Shown one piece after another: positions 36,421 through 45,420 of a stretch of 64,000 bases of DNA. Position numbers and translations under genes: made by a program. This DNA is from a virus (lineage: Duplodnaviria; Caudoviricetes). The stretch is taken from positions 2,104 through 66,103 of IMG/VR virus record IMGVR_UViG_3300048849_000173. One strand, given 5' to 3'. The first letter of the stretch is position 1. Each line of letters starts with the position of its first letter. Under the pieces are notes generated by a model that worked only from the letters and a program-made list of their open reading frames with translations, did not search any database and was not told the DNA's origin.

Positions 36421-36461
36421 ATTCTCCGAGGGACGTTGATATTCAGGCCGTGGCTTTTTCC
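36421..36461 (-). promoter_or_regulatory. Putative late promoter
   Basis: GGAAAA-N29-GAGAAT upstream of the capsid gene. Confidence 0.65.
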
Positions 36462-36465
36462 GCTT

Positions 36466-36969
36466 TTACGCGCCCGCAGGAAGGTGCAGGTCGTCCCGGC
36501 GGTTGGTCACATACCGGGTGGTGTATGGGGGAATGTCTGACGTGGTCTCGGTCCCCATCACTTCGAAGGCAAGCCGGGCCGCCTGAGGCCCCTGCCCCAG
36601 CAGCAGGTAGATGACGTCATGGCTGCGCACGTCGAACCAATCCTCATGACCGGACGGCTCCTCGCACTCGATCAGAAACCGAAATTCGTCACCAGCACCA
36701 ATGTTCGCATCGCCGGCGCGCACCATCGGCGCGACAGAAAAGCGATCCGCCGGCATGGCGTATCCGTTGCCCAGGTGGACGTAGTCGAATTGCTCTTCGT
36801 CCATCGAGTCCAGGACTCCCAGGCCGCCAAGACTGGGCGCGCCGCCGACCGACTCCGGCGCCGCGCGGGTGACGACCTTGCGGAACACCTGACAATTGAA
36901 TGAGTTGGGATGATTCATCACCACATTGCGAGTCATGCGGTTGACGGCCTGAGGCACGTTGCTGAGCAT
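36466..36969 (-). CDS. Putative head completion/neck protein
   Basis: 167-aa ORF in the head-tail operon. Confidence 0.5.
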   Translation of the reverse strand: MLSNVPQAVNRMTRNVVMNHPNSFNCQVFRKVVTRAAPESVGGAPSLGGLGVLDSMDEEQFDYVHLGNGYAMPADRFSVAPMVRAGDANIGAGDEFRFLIECEEPSGHEDWFDVRSHDVIYLLLGQGPQAARLAFEVMGTETTSDIPPYTTRYVTNRRDDLHLPAGA

Positions 36970-36973
36970 AGGT

Positions 36974-38059
36974 TTATCCCTTCGAGTTTGCTTGAGCCTG
37001 CGCCAGGATGGCCATCACCTGTTCTGGCGAAAGGTTGAATTGCGCGCCCAGAGCAGCTGCGGCCGCCGCGGAAGAACGGCGCGACGCCGGCGCCGTTTTC
37101 TTCGGCGGCTTGGCTGCGGCGGCCTTGGCCGCGCGGGTCAACGCGGTTTTTTCACGGACCCGTTTTGCCTCGGTCGCGCGCTGCTTGCTGGTCTTGATCT
37201 TGGTCGATGACTTGGCCTGCACTGCCTCTTTGGCTTCGGCCTCGGTCAGCTGCGTGCGCGCCTTGTATTCGGAAACGCTTTGCAGATGCCTTTCCAGGAA
37301 GCGGAGCACTCCATTCGAGGACTCCAGCTCTGTCATCACCCGCAGAACATGCTTGCAGGCCACGCCGTGCAGCCGTGGGTTCCTGATCTTCGGGTAGCCA
37401 GTCTCCTTGCGCCCGGCCGCAAAGCCGCCGATGCTCGCGACATAGCGGAAGAAGTACCGGTGGCGCTCGCAGTCGCAGTCGAACGACAACTTCTGCTTGC
37501 GTAGCCAGTTGGCTACCTGCTTGGGCGTTTTCCGGTCCTTGGTCGACGATGCTGCCACCTGCGCTGCTGCGGCCTCAAACTCGTGGAGGTTGACCACAAC
37601 ATGGTGCCGGTGCACTTTGGAGTCGGGTCCGGCGTTGGTAATGAAGCGGATCATCCCGTTGAGCGCTGAGACCGGGACACCCCTCGTTATCTCCCGGCGC
37701 GCCTTGTCGATGTCGCTGCCTGGCTCACCGGTCGAGACGTATCGCAGGGGCTTCGCAGAAGCCTGATCAATGACCTGGCGCGCAGTGATGCCCTGCCCGC
37801 CCTTGAACCGGCGTTCGGCCTGCCGCATGTTGTGGCGAAAGGCCGCTAGATCGTCGGCGGTGATCGGCCGGACCTGGCCACCAAGTGTCGTGAACAACAC
37901 CCGGTTGGCGTCCCAGTCACCGCGCACCTCCCGCTCGGTCAGGATGATGTTTTTGCTGGCGGGCTCCTTACCCGCCGCCGCGCGCTCACGCCGATCGACA
38001 TCGAAGCGGTTGTTCGCCTCGCCGATGTGGCCGCGGACTTTACCTAGCCAGTCGGTCAT
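36974..38059 (-). CDS. Morphogenesis protein with SWIM-like Zn motif
   Basis: FDCDCERHRY...YPKIRNP.L.GVACKH. Confidence 0.6.
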   Translation of the reverse strand: MTDWLGKVRGHIGEANNRFDVDRRERAAAGKEPASKNIILTEREVRGDWDANRVLFTTLGGQVRPITADDLAAFRHNMRQAERRFKGGQGITARQVIDQASAKPLRYVSTGEPGSDIDKARREITRGVPVSALNGMIRFITNAGPDSKVHRHHVVVNLHEFEAAAAQVAASSTKDRKTPKQVANWLRKQKLSFDCDCERHRYFFRYVASIGGFAAGRKETGYPKIRNPRLHGVACKHVLRVMTELESSNGVLRFLERHLQSVSEYKARTQLTEAEAKEAVQAKSSTKIKTSKQRATEAKRVREKTALTRAAKAAAAKPPKKTAPASRRSSAAAAAALGAQFNLSPEQVMAILAQAQANSKG

Positions 38060-38400
38060 GGCCTGAGCTCGGCCCAGGTCGGCGCATGGCCTAAGCGCTG
38101 GGCATCGATCGACTCAAAGCCCGTGCGCCGCTTGATCGTGATGAGTTGCCCCTCGTTCGGGAGGACGATCCGCTTCTGCTTGAGCGGCTGATCGACGGTG
38201 TCGAGTCCCGCCGCCGCCATGACGGCCAGAAACTCGTCACGCCGGCCATACACACGCTGCGACACCAGCGTCAGATCAAACTCCTCGTCCGGCTTCGTCT
38301 CGTAGAAGATGGCGGACGTGTCCCAATCCGTTGTCCTGTCGGCGTATTTGCGCACTTCACGGTAGAACGACCGAGCCGCGCGTGTGTCCCTGTCGATCAC
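38056..38400 (-). CDS. Baseplate protein (LysM/tail-X-like; P1 gp26-like)
   Basis: YETKPDEEFDLTLVSQRVYGRRDEFLAVMAAAG. Confidence 0.6.
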   Translation of the reverse strand: MIDRDTRAARSFYREVRKYADRTTDWDTSAIFYETKPDEEFDLTLVSQRVYGRRDEFLAVMAAAGLDTVDQPLKQKRIVLPNEGQLITIKRRTGFESIDAQRLGHAPTWAELRP

Positions 38401-38408
38401 CTTGGCCC

Positions 38409-38897
38409 CTAGATCGTGAGGATGTCGCCGGCCAGCAGATCCCGGAAGGACTCAGCCATCTTGACCGTCTGCTCAACCGTGTCGCATTTCATCACATGCC
38501 AGCAGCTGGCCAGCGTGGCGATCTGGCCGCATGTGATGCCCTCCGACACCCGATACTTCGGGCCATTCGTATCGAATCCGTCACGATCGATCGAATTCTC
38601 TGGGTTCGCGCGAGCAGCGCGATCGGAGAAGACAAGCCGGGGGCTTTTCTGGTCTGCCGCCACTCCAGACTTGAGAGCGAAATACGCCGAGATAGCCGCC
38701 ATGAGTTCCGCGTCCGAAAACAAGCAATCGCGCGCGATGTCCGGGACGTTGGTCAGCACGATGGCTTCAGGTCGGCGATCAGTCCGATAGTCGGCCTCGG
38801 CTCCCACCACCAGCACCCGCGCGCCCGGGTCATAGACAGAAAACACTGAGCACGGCTTGCCGCCATAGCCTGCAACCGTTGCTTGAATCTGGATCAT
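38409..38897 (-). CDS. Phage morphogenesis hypothetical protein
   Basis: Coupled ORF in the late operon. Confidence 0.55.
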   Translation of the reverse strand: MIQIQATVAGYGGKPCSVFSVYDPGARVLVVGAEADYRTDRRPEAIVLTNVPDIARDCLFSDAELMAAISAYFALKSGVAADQKSPRLVFSDRAARANPENSIDRDGFDTNGPKYRVSEGITCGQIATLASCWHVMKCDTVEQTVKMAESFRDLLAGDILTI

Positions 38898-39679
38898 GAG
38901 TTGGCCTGGCTTGAGGATTGCAATGCTGCATTCGAGATAGCCGCGACACCTGCGGCGCCACCGAGTTCTGCGCCGTTCACGCTGATCGTCTGCACCAGCG
39001 GATAGCCGGCCGGGTCATCCGTTCCTGGCACGCCCTTTCCGTCATTCGGTTGCCCGACGGCGGGTGCATCGAACATTGGCACGGTCATGTGTAGCGTCAT
39101 GTCGATCGCGAGGATGGTCAGATTCTTGGATTCAGTCTGGATCGACATCGCCGGCGCATCGGGCGATTCGATTTGCACTGGCCACTTGGTGTCGATGCCC
39201 CCAAACCGGTAGGTGGCCTCGAACCGACGGTTGTCGGTCGCATCCACGAACAGGAGGAATTGCGCCGCCAGCGAATGGGCCGACGGTTCGTCGGTGGCAA
39301 TGATGACCAGTTGCGCCCGCAGGTCGCCGGCCGCCGTGCGCAGGCCAAACAGGCGTTCCATTTCATCTCCGGGAATCAGCACCATCTGTCGATCAGCCAC
39401 CTGGCGCGTGTAGTCGCGGCCGGTGGGCATCAAATCCTTCCCGATGGCCACAATCAACACGGGGAGGTCTGGCGGCGATGTTGGCCCGCCGTCCAGGTTG
39501 GCGCGAAGCCACAGCGCCAGCATCTCTTCGGCAGCGTCGATCATGCGCGCCGGCGCCCAGACGACTGCCTTGGTCAATGGGCGTAGCACGTAAGGCTGCA
39601 GCGGCTTTGTCGTTGGCACGACGGTGGCAAAGAACCGTCCCAAAAACTGCCCGAGGGCTTCCTTCACTGGTTGCAGCAT
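38894..39679 (-). CDS. Putative tail completion/terminator protein
   Basis: 261-aa coupled ORF downstream of the head protease. Confidence 0.5.
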   Translation of the reverse strand: MLQPVKEALGQFLGRFFATVVPTTKPLQPYVLRPLTKAVVWAPARMIDAAEEMLALWLRANLDGGPTSPPDLPVLIVAIGKDLMPTGRDYTRQVADRQMVLIPGDEMERLFGLRTAAGDLRAQLVIIATDEPSAHSLAAQFLLFVDATDNRRFEATYRFGGIDTKWPVQIESPDAPAMSIQTESKNLTILAIDMTLHMTVPMFDAPAVGQPNDGKGVPGTDDPAGYPLVQTISVNGAELGGAAGVAAISNAALQSSSQANS

Positions 39680-39685
39680 GTCAGC

Positions 39686-40513
39686 TTACCGGCCGGCATA
39701 TTGGTTCAGCAGCCGCGCGTACCCCGGCATCTGCAATACCGGATCGGCGGATTGTTTAGGCTCGGCAAACGTAGGAAGGGACGCGGTGCTCTTAAAGAAG
39801 CTGGCGTCACGCTGCATCCGCTCTACCGAATCCATCGACACTGAAATCGCCGAGATTGGCGCGGCGTCGAGCGTTGGCAAGGCATCGACGCCCTTCGCCG
39901 CCAGGAGGGACAGCAGTTGCTCGTTCTCTGTGCTCAGTCGCTCGATCACCTCGCACGCGCGATCGCGCTCATCGTGAGCGGAGTCAAGAAGCCGCATCAC
40001 GCCGCGGATCTGTTCGTCGTAGATGGCCGCCTCGATGTCATCCAGCGTCATGTCACCAACGTCGTCGAGCGTGTAGCCGCGGTTGGTGGAGTAGTTCGGC
40101 TCGAGGACGTAGTCGAAGCCGAAGAACTCTGGGCGATGTTGGTCGATCGCCGAGCTGAAGCCACCCACCCGGTTGCTGTAGAGCTTGGCGGCCACCTGGC
40201 CTGGGTCATTGTTCAGAAATTCGGCCTGGTGCTCGATGGTCCCGTCGGGACTTGCGCGAAGGAGCGTTGTCACCAGCGCCGGTTCAACCACCGACGGCCG
40301 GCCGGCATCCAAGCCGCCTTCTGCGGGGTTCATTCCGAACTTGATGCGCGGCCAATGGCCATAATAGCCATGGAGATCTCGGTTCTTCACCCGCTCCTGG
40401 CAGGCTGGGCCATTGATCGCGTCAACGATGGCGCGGATGTTGAAATTGCGGTCTTTGCCGCGATACTGGCGACCGCGGTCCCGCAAGTTGTACGTGATGA
40501 CCTTCGTTTGCAT
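39686..40513 (-). CDS. Prohead maturation protease with C-terminal scaffold (P1 Pro-like)
   Basis: GYYGHW (His), GGFSSAI (Ser), FDYVLEPNY (Asp) pattern; coiled-coil tail; start MQTKV at 40513. Confidence 0.75.
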   Translation of the reverse strand: MQTKVITYNLRDRGRQYRGKDRNFNIRAIVDAINGPACQERVKNRDLHGYYGHWPRIKFGMNPAEGGLDAGRPSVVEPALVTTLLRASPDGTIEHQAEFLNNDPGQVAAKLYSNRVGGFSSAIDQHRPEFFGFDYVLEPNYSTNRGYTLDDVGDMTLDDIEAAIYDEQIRGVMRLLDSAHDERDRACEVIERLSTENEQLLSLLAAKGVDALPTLDAAPISAISVSMDSVERMQRDASFFKSTASLPTFAEPKQSADPVLQMPGYARLLNQYAGR

Positions 40514-40536
40514 CGGGAATGCTCCTTCTCCAACGG

Positions 40537-40577
40537 ATGGTAGAAGGCCGATTGCCCGCCGGCGGTGTTGGTTTTCC
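40537..40577 (-). promoter_or_regulatory. Putative late promoter
   Basis: GGAAAA-N29-TACCAT upstream of the protease gene. Confidence 0.7.
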
Positions 40578-40605
40578 CAGTTGCGTGACGCGCGCCACTC
40601 CGGCG

Positions 40606-42180
40606 TCACACCCCGGCAAGCAACGCCTCCGCTTTTTCAAGCACCGATTGAGTGAGCGATGTGGACGCCGATGCTGTTGCGTCAGCGACGACGTATGTGG
40701 CGCCCTCAAGGAACGCAAAGCTCATAGCATCGATCAAGTCTGGAGACTTGATACCATCGCGCCGCATGTTCTCCTTGCTGTCCATGACGTAGCGCAGGCC
40801 GCCGGCCTCGCTGAAGTGGTACGGCAGCCGGGATCCCTGGCCAATGATCTTTTCCCGGAGCTTCTTGCTGATTCCCTGCGGCAAGAGCACACGGCCCTGC
40901 CGGATGGCGTCCCGGAATCGCACCATCGCGCACGCGCGCAGGTTGTAAAAGCGCTTTTTGTATTCATTCCTGAAGCACGGCGCTCCCCAGTTCACCCGGA
41001 CCACGGTCGCGCCCGATCGCTCAATTAGCTTGCACACCGTGGCGCCGACGCCGCCGGCATCGACGTAGAGGGTCGCATTGGACAGCTTGCCAACTAGGTT
41101 CACCAGATCGCCGGCCAGGTCGATCTCGTTCTTGTCGTTCGAGCAAACCGGGATCTCGATGAACTCTACCCGCCGGGCTTCGGGCCCGTGGTCGGCGTCG
41201 CCGATGACTTTAGCCACGATCGCGACTGAATCGTCCCGGTATTCGCCGAGCGCCACGTCGGACAGCACCACCAGGCCGAATGGCTCGTCGTCGGCGATCA
41301 ACTTGCGCGGCTCGAAGGCGGCTTCCAGATCCACGCGCGTCATCAGAACGTTGCTGGTGCTTTGGGCGAACAGGCCGAGCACGCGGATCTGATACTCGAC
41401 GGAGTGCCGGCCTCCGCTTTCGGACTCCCGCTCACGGATCCAATTGGTCGTGACGAACGGCGAACATTCGGAATTGAAGCGTAGAGCGCGCCAGCTGCCG
41501 CCGTTGTCGACCGACAGGGTGTGGTGCGAATCGTAAAAGCGGCCGGCGCTTCGGGCGCCTTGGGACGCCATCAGCGTGCGGTTGCCAGGCTGGGTCTGGG
41601 TGCCGTCGATAACGTCGAAATGGTCATCCGAGACGCCGGCAGCCTCGTCGATGATGATGAGCTGCCAGTAGCGGTGCTTACCCGCGACGCCGATCGCTTC
41701 GCCCTTCTTCATCGCAATTTGCGAGATGAACCACTGCTCCGCGTATCCGTTCACGTGGACGCGTGTCTTGGTGATCGTGTAGAAATCGTTGATCCAGGCG
41801 TGCGGCCCGCTGGCGATCGCGATGCGAGCGTCCTGCATCTCTTTCCAAATGCCATCCGCGACTTGCTGGATGAACGGGGCGCCTATGTAGGTGTTCGAGC
41901 CGACCTCCACTTTCCCGTCATACGCCGCGACAGGAAAGCAAAGCAGGTGCCAGAGCGCAATTCGGGCAAAGCTGGCTGTCTTGCCGGTACCGGTACCCGA
42001 TACGGCCGAGACTTTGGCATTGGCCGGGATGATCGCTTCGAAAAGGGCCTCCTGGTCAGCGCTCGGCATGAACCCGGTGACTTCGACAGCAAACCGAAGC
42101 GGATCGGCGTGATAGCGCTCGACGAACGCTTCGTACCGCGGATCGCCGAGCAGGTTGCGGATCTTGCGCTTCGCGGCCAT
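40606..42180 (-). CDS. Terminase large subunit (PacB-like)
   Basis: Walker A SGTGTGKT, Walker B IIIDEA, RNase H acidic residues (LSDVA, YVDAGG, SPDLIDA). Confidence 0.92.
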   Translation of the reverse strand: MAAKRKIRNLLGDPRYEAFVERYHADPLRFAVEVTGFMPSADQEALFEAIIPANAKVSAVSGTGTGKTASFARIALWHLLCFPVAAYDGKVEVGSNTYIGAPFIQQVADGIWKEMQDARIAIASGPHAWINDFYTITKTRVHVNGYAEQWFISQIAMKKGEAIGVAGKHRYWQLIIIDEAAGVSDDHFDVIDGTQTQPGNRTLMASQGARSAGRFYDSHHTLSVDNGGSWRALRFNSECSPFVTTNWIRERESESGGRHSVEYQIRVLGLFAQSTSNVLMTRVDLEAAFEPRKLIADDEPFGLVVLSDVALGEYRDDSVAIVAKVIGDADHGPEARRVEFIEIPVCSNDKNEIDLAGDLVNLVGKLSNATLYVDAGGVGATVCKLIERSGATVVRVNWGAPCFRNEYKKRFYNLRACAMVRFRDAIRQGRVLLPQGISKKLREKIIGQGSRLPYHFSEAGGLRYVMDSKENMRRDGIKSPDLIDAMSFAFLEGATYVVADATASASTSLTQSVLEKAEALLAGV

Positions 42181-43380
42181 CTACAGCCCGCCGGCGTCCG
42201 GTCGCGCGTCCACGCTTTCAATCATGCCTCGTTCCTGGAGCACCACCATCTGGCGGGCGCGCGCTTGCTGCATCTTGGCCTCGTACACGCGCAACAGCTC
42301 CTCGCCGGCGACGTTCACCACCGTAACGTCAGGGTCCTTGTCCTTGAAAAGCCCGAGCGCGCGGGCAAGGTTGTCGGCCGCCTTCTCCTTGCTCATAGTC
42401 AGCACCTCAATTCCGTCGCGACCCTCTTTAACGCCGGCGTAGACAAGGCGGGCGGCGGGTGAGAGATGGCGGGTGTCCGCATAGAACGTTTCCGCCATGC
42501 CCTCACCATGGCATTCCGGGCAGTCCTCAGCGGGCGGTTTGCGCTTGTCGTACCAAGAGTCTTCGTAAGGTGGGAAATCGCCGATGTCGTCATTGCTATC
42601 GATGCCGAGGCGGCGTGCACGGTCCTTATCGTGCTGGCGCTTCGCCGCCTCCAGTCCGGCCGGCGTGAACTGACGCTGGTGTTCCCTGCCCCAGCAGTAA
42701 GGGCAACACACCCGGCGAAGCTGCGAGATCTCGTTCGCGTCCAGGTTGACGACGGCTGACCAGACTCGCATCAGCTCCTCAGCGTCGATGCCCAGGCGGC
42801 GGGCCCGAGCTGACGCAAGGGTCTCCACCGCAACTTGAACCTTCGGTTTTCTCAAGAGAAACCATGCCGTTTGAGCGGCGCTTTTCGCGCTATACCCAGC
42901 CCGGATGGCGGCCTGTGTGCCATTCCAATCGACCATGTACTCGCGAACAAAAATCTCTTCTAAATCAGAGAGTTCCGCCAATACGCCGAACTGGTCGGGG
43001 TCCCTCTCTACCACCTCGCTTATCGTCGGCAGGGGCCTCTCTGCCATGGTTTCGATGGTTTCTCCCATGGTTTCCGAAACCTTGGCACGATGGTTTCCGG
43101 GAACCTTGGAAACCTTGCGCGCTGGACCGGAAGAGGCCCCGTCGCGAGCTGCTTTTCGAGTTGCGTTCGGACTGCGTTCGGCGGTGGCACCGACCGTGCA
43201 CTCATCCCCAGTACCCTGCTTCGCCCAGCCATCCCGGATTGCGGCCTTGCGGACGGCTGGAGCGGACACAGGAAGACCCAGCTCGTCGATCAGCCACGCG
43301 TACCCCTCCCGCTGGTCACGCTCCCAGTGCTCCCGGACGCTCGACCACTGCTCTGCGGTGAGCTTTGGTTTTGCTGCCAT
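42181..43380 (-). CDS. Terminase small subunit (PacA-like) with Zn-finger insert
   Basis: W..VR..WE N-terminus; FVREY.VDWNGTQAAIRAGYSAKSA; CCPYCWG...CPECHGEG; KEKAADNLAR.LG. Confidence 0.88.
   Translation of the reverse strand: MAAKPKLTAEQWSSVREHWERDQREGYAWLIDELGLPVSAPAVRKAAIRDGWAKQGTGDECTVGATAERSPNATRKAARDGASSGPARKVSKVPGNHRAKVSETMGETIETMAERPLPTISEVVERDPDQFGVLAELSDLEEIFVREYMVDWNGTQAAIRAGYSAKSAAQTAWFLLRKPKVQVAVETLASARARRLGIDAEELMRVWSAVVNLDANEISQLRRVCCPYCWGREHQRQFTPAGLEAAKRQHDKDRARRLGIDSNDDIGDFPPYEDSWYDKRKPPAEDCPECHGEGMAETFYADTRHLSPAARLVYAGVKEGRDGIEVLTMSKEKAADNLARALGLFKDKDPDVTVVNVAGEELLRVYEAKMQQARARQMVVLQERGMIESVDARPDAGGL
43046..43117. repeat. Short-repeat cluster inside terS (candidate pac)
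   Basis: ATGGTTTC x4 (43046, 43055, 43067, 43090) and G(A/G)AACCTTG x3 (43076, 43100, 43109). Confidence 0.6.
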
Positions 43381-43397
43381 TGATTGCTTATTGAAGT

Positions 43398-44018
43398 CTA
43401 GAGAGCAAGGCTGTGCTGAGGCGTGTCGGCTGCGGCCATGGAACACTCGACACGGAACCGAGCCAACTTCCCTTGCGCCGCGGCAGCAGCCGCGGCAGCG
43501 CGACTGACCTGTTTCATGAGCGTCGCACCTCCACGCATGTCCTGAAATTTCGGGTTGAGCTCAATGAACCGCGCCAATGCCTCGCCCACGTCGGTTGCCG
43601 CCGGGCAAATCACAGCAACCGTTTCGCCCATGACTTCGACGCGATCGTGCAATTTTTTCAGAATTTCCATTTCGCGCAGCCTGGACTTTTCCATGGCATC
43701 GAACAGCCAGGCCGACACCTCTCGCTCCTGCGTCATACGCGCGCCAATCTCCCAGTCGTCTGTCATACCGAAGAGATAGTCGACCGACACCTCGTAGACG
43801 CGGGCAGCGCGTAGGATCAACCACAGCGGGACGCTGTTCGTGTCGGTCGCCCCCTCGACCTTCGACAGCTTCGACGAGTTGCTGTATCCCAAGCGCTTCG
43901 CAGCAGCGCTTTGGGACAGATTGCAAAGCTCGCGCGCTTGCCTCATGCGGGCGCCGATTGTCTTTACGACGACAGCTTGTTCCTGCCGTGTGCCGTTCAT
44001 CAGCTTTTTCTCAGGCAT
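43398..44018 (-). CDS. XRE-family HTH regulator (candidate late activator)
   Basis: IGARMRQARELCNLSQSAAAKRLGY.NSSKLSKVE HTH; immediately upstream of terS. Confidence 0.8.
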   Translation of the reverse strand: MPEKKLMNGTRQEQAVVVKTIGARMRQARELCNLSQSAAAKRLGYSNSSKLSKVEGATDTNSVPLWLILRAARVYEVSVDYLFGMTDDWEIGARMTQEREVSAWLFDAMEKSRLREMEILKKLHDRVEVMGETVAVICPAATDVGEALARFIELNPKFQDMRGGATLMKQVSRAAAAAAAAQGKLARFRVECSMAAADTPQHSLAL

Positions 44019-44089
44019 AACCTTTCCCCGTTTCTTGCCAATTCGCCCTTGGCTAGCCGTAACACCGCGCTCGCTGGCAGGACTGTGTG

Positions 44090-44335
44090 TCATCGGCGTT
44101 CCTTGGCTCGTGCATCGTCGATTGCCTTGTCTAGCTCTGCACCGGTATGGGTCAAGATGTTCTCCGCTGCCCGCCCTTCACGCAGATATCGGTACCGTTC
44201 AGCGTCCTCCTCGGCGGCAGCAAGCCGCGCCAGGGCTTCCTGAACCCGGCCATGGAACTGCAGGCGGGACAGATGCGTATCCATAGCCATCTCGAATGGC
44301 ATCTGGAGGACGCCATAAAACATCACGTCGCTCAT
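44090..44335 (-). CDS. Small phage hypothetical protein
   Basis: Coupled ORF; DAERYRYLR...LDKAID motif common in phage accessory genes. Confidence 0.65.
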   Translation of the reverse strand: MSDVMFYGVLQMPFEMAMDTHLSRLQFHGRVQEALARLAAAEEDAERYRYLREGRAAENILTHTGAELDKAIDDARAKERR

Positions 44336-44646
44336 GCCGGCTCCAGTTGGGCGCTGGTCAGCCCCATCGGGGCTTCTACCTGATCATCACTGCCGCGTAT
44401 CGGGCGCAAGTTCATGTCGGGAGCATTGTCGAAAGCGACAGGATTCCCCGCCAAGTACACGCGAGCCCCTTGCAAGACACTTTCCGTCAAGATGACTGTC
44501 TGCGGCTCACTCAGGCGCCAGTGCCATAGCCCACCGTTCCAGAATGGTGGCTCGTTTTTGAGCGAGACGATTCGTCCGGCCGCTCCCCTCAAAGGTGAAC
44601 CCGGCTCGAGTACCAAAATTGCCAAGTCTCCAGGCTTGCAGTTCAT
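44332..44646 (-). CDS. Small phage hypothetical protein
   Basis: MNCKPGDLAI N-terminus and D.NLRPIR motif. Confidence 0.65.
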   Translation of the reverse strand: MNCKPGDLAILVLEPGSPLRGAAGRIVSLKNEPPFWNGGLWHWRLSEPQTVILTESVLQGARVYLAGNPVAFDNAPDMNLRPIRGSDDQVEAPMGLTSAQLEPA

Positions 44647-44879
44647 GCAACCTCCCATTTCGGATCTGCCGCCCATTTACCGCGGCCTTCGTTGATTGCC
44701 CCAATGCGCTTGCACACCGGCGACACCGCGGCAGTTTTGGTATGTGGGCCGTCGTCATAGACGCACCACGGCTCGCGTATCGCCAGAGCTATCTCTGACG
44801 GAGTGAGCGGCTTGCCAGCGGCTCTCAGCACCCGCGTCACCGCCGCGTTTCGGTGATCGGCATCGAATTGCGGTGTCAT
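44643..44879 (-). CDS. Small wHTH-like hypothetical protein
   Basis: VLRAAGKPLTPSEIA; ATGA-coupled. Confidence 0.55.
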   Translation of the reverse strand: MTPQFDADHRNAAVTRVLRAAGKPLTPSEIALAIREPWCVYDDGPHTKTAAVSPVCKRIGAINEGRGKWAADPKWEVA

Positions 44880-45064
44880 CGGTTATCTCCATGACCCGGG
44901 GCGTCAGTTTCGACTTTGGGCAACTTGCGCCACTCTTTCTCCGTAAGAACGAACGGCGCGCACCGCGGCCGCTTCACCATGACGTACCCGCCTGAGCGCA
45001 CCATGAACATCACCTTTCCGTGCATGTCGTAGGCCGGCGCCTGGTCGATCAATGCTTTGCTCAT
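44876..45064 (-). CDS. Small phage hypothetical protein
   Basis: Coupled ORF. Confidence 0.5.
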   Translation of the reverse strand: MSKALIDQAPAYDMHGKVMFMVRSGGYVMVKRPRCAPFVLTEKEWRKLPKVETDAPGHGDNR

Positions 45065-45417
45065 CAAAATTCCTCCGTTTCCCAACCACCGCCCTGCTTG
45101 CGCGATCGCACCATCACTGCCACGAAACGAAATGGGTATATGTCGGCCGCGATTTTGATCTTCGCCCTGGCATCGTCCTGCCAGAAGCCCTTCACTTCAT
45201 GCTGCTCAAGCTCACCCGACACCAGCATTACGGCGAAGTCCGGACTGTAGAAAGTGTTATCGGCCAGCCGCAGCTTCATCCCCTCGAACTTGAACCATGA
45301 GACCTCGCCGGCGTTGACGCGCTGCTGCAGATGCGCCGCATAGGCGGTTTCGGTCTTGTTCATAGCGCCAGCTTTCAACCGGCCGAGCGCCAACAGCTTT
45401 CGGTTATTCGTTGCCAT
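45064..45417 (-). CDS. PD-(D/E)XK endonuclease, DUF1064-like
   Basis: YSPDFAV...HEVKGFW..DAR.KIK.AA..YPF.F. Confidence 0.8.
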   Translation of the reverse strand: MATNNRKLLALGRLKAGAMNKTETAYAAHLQQRVNAGEVSWFKFEGMKLRLADNTFYSPDFAVMLVSGELEQHEVKGFWQDDARAKIKIAADIYPFRFVAVMVRSRKQGGGWETEEF

Positions 45418-45420
45418 CGC

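Noticed and set aside
37527-37534. GTTTTCCG copy matching the late-promoter box
   Set aside because: No -10-like hexamer at 29-30 nt and it is intragenic; the same holds for copies at 13575, 14842, 15403 and 36282.
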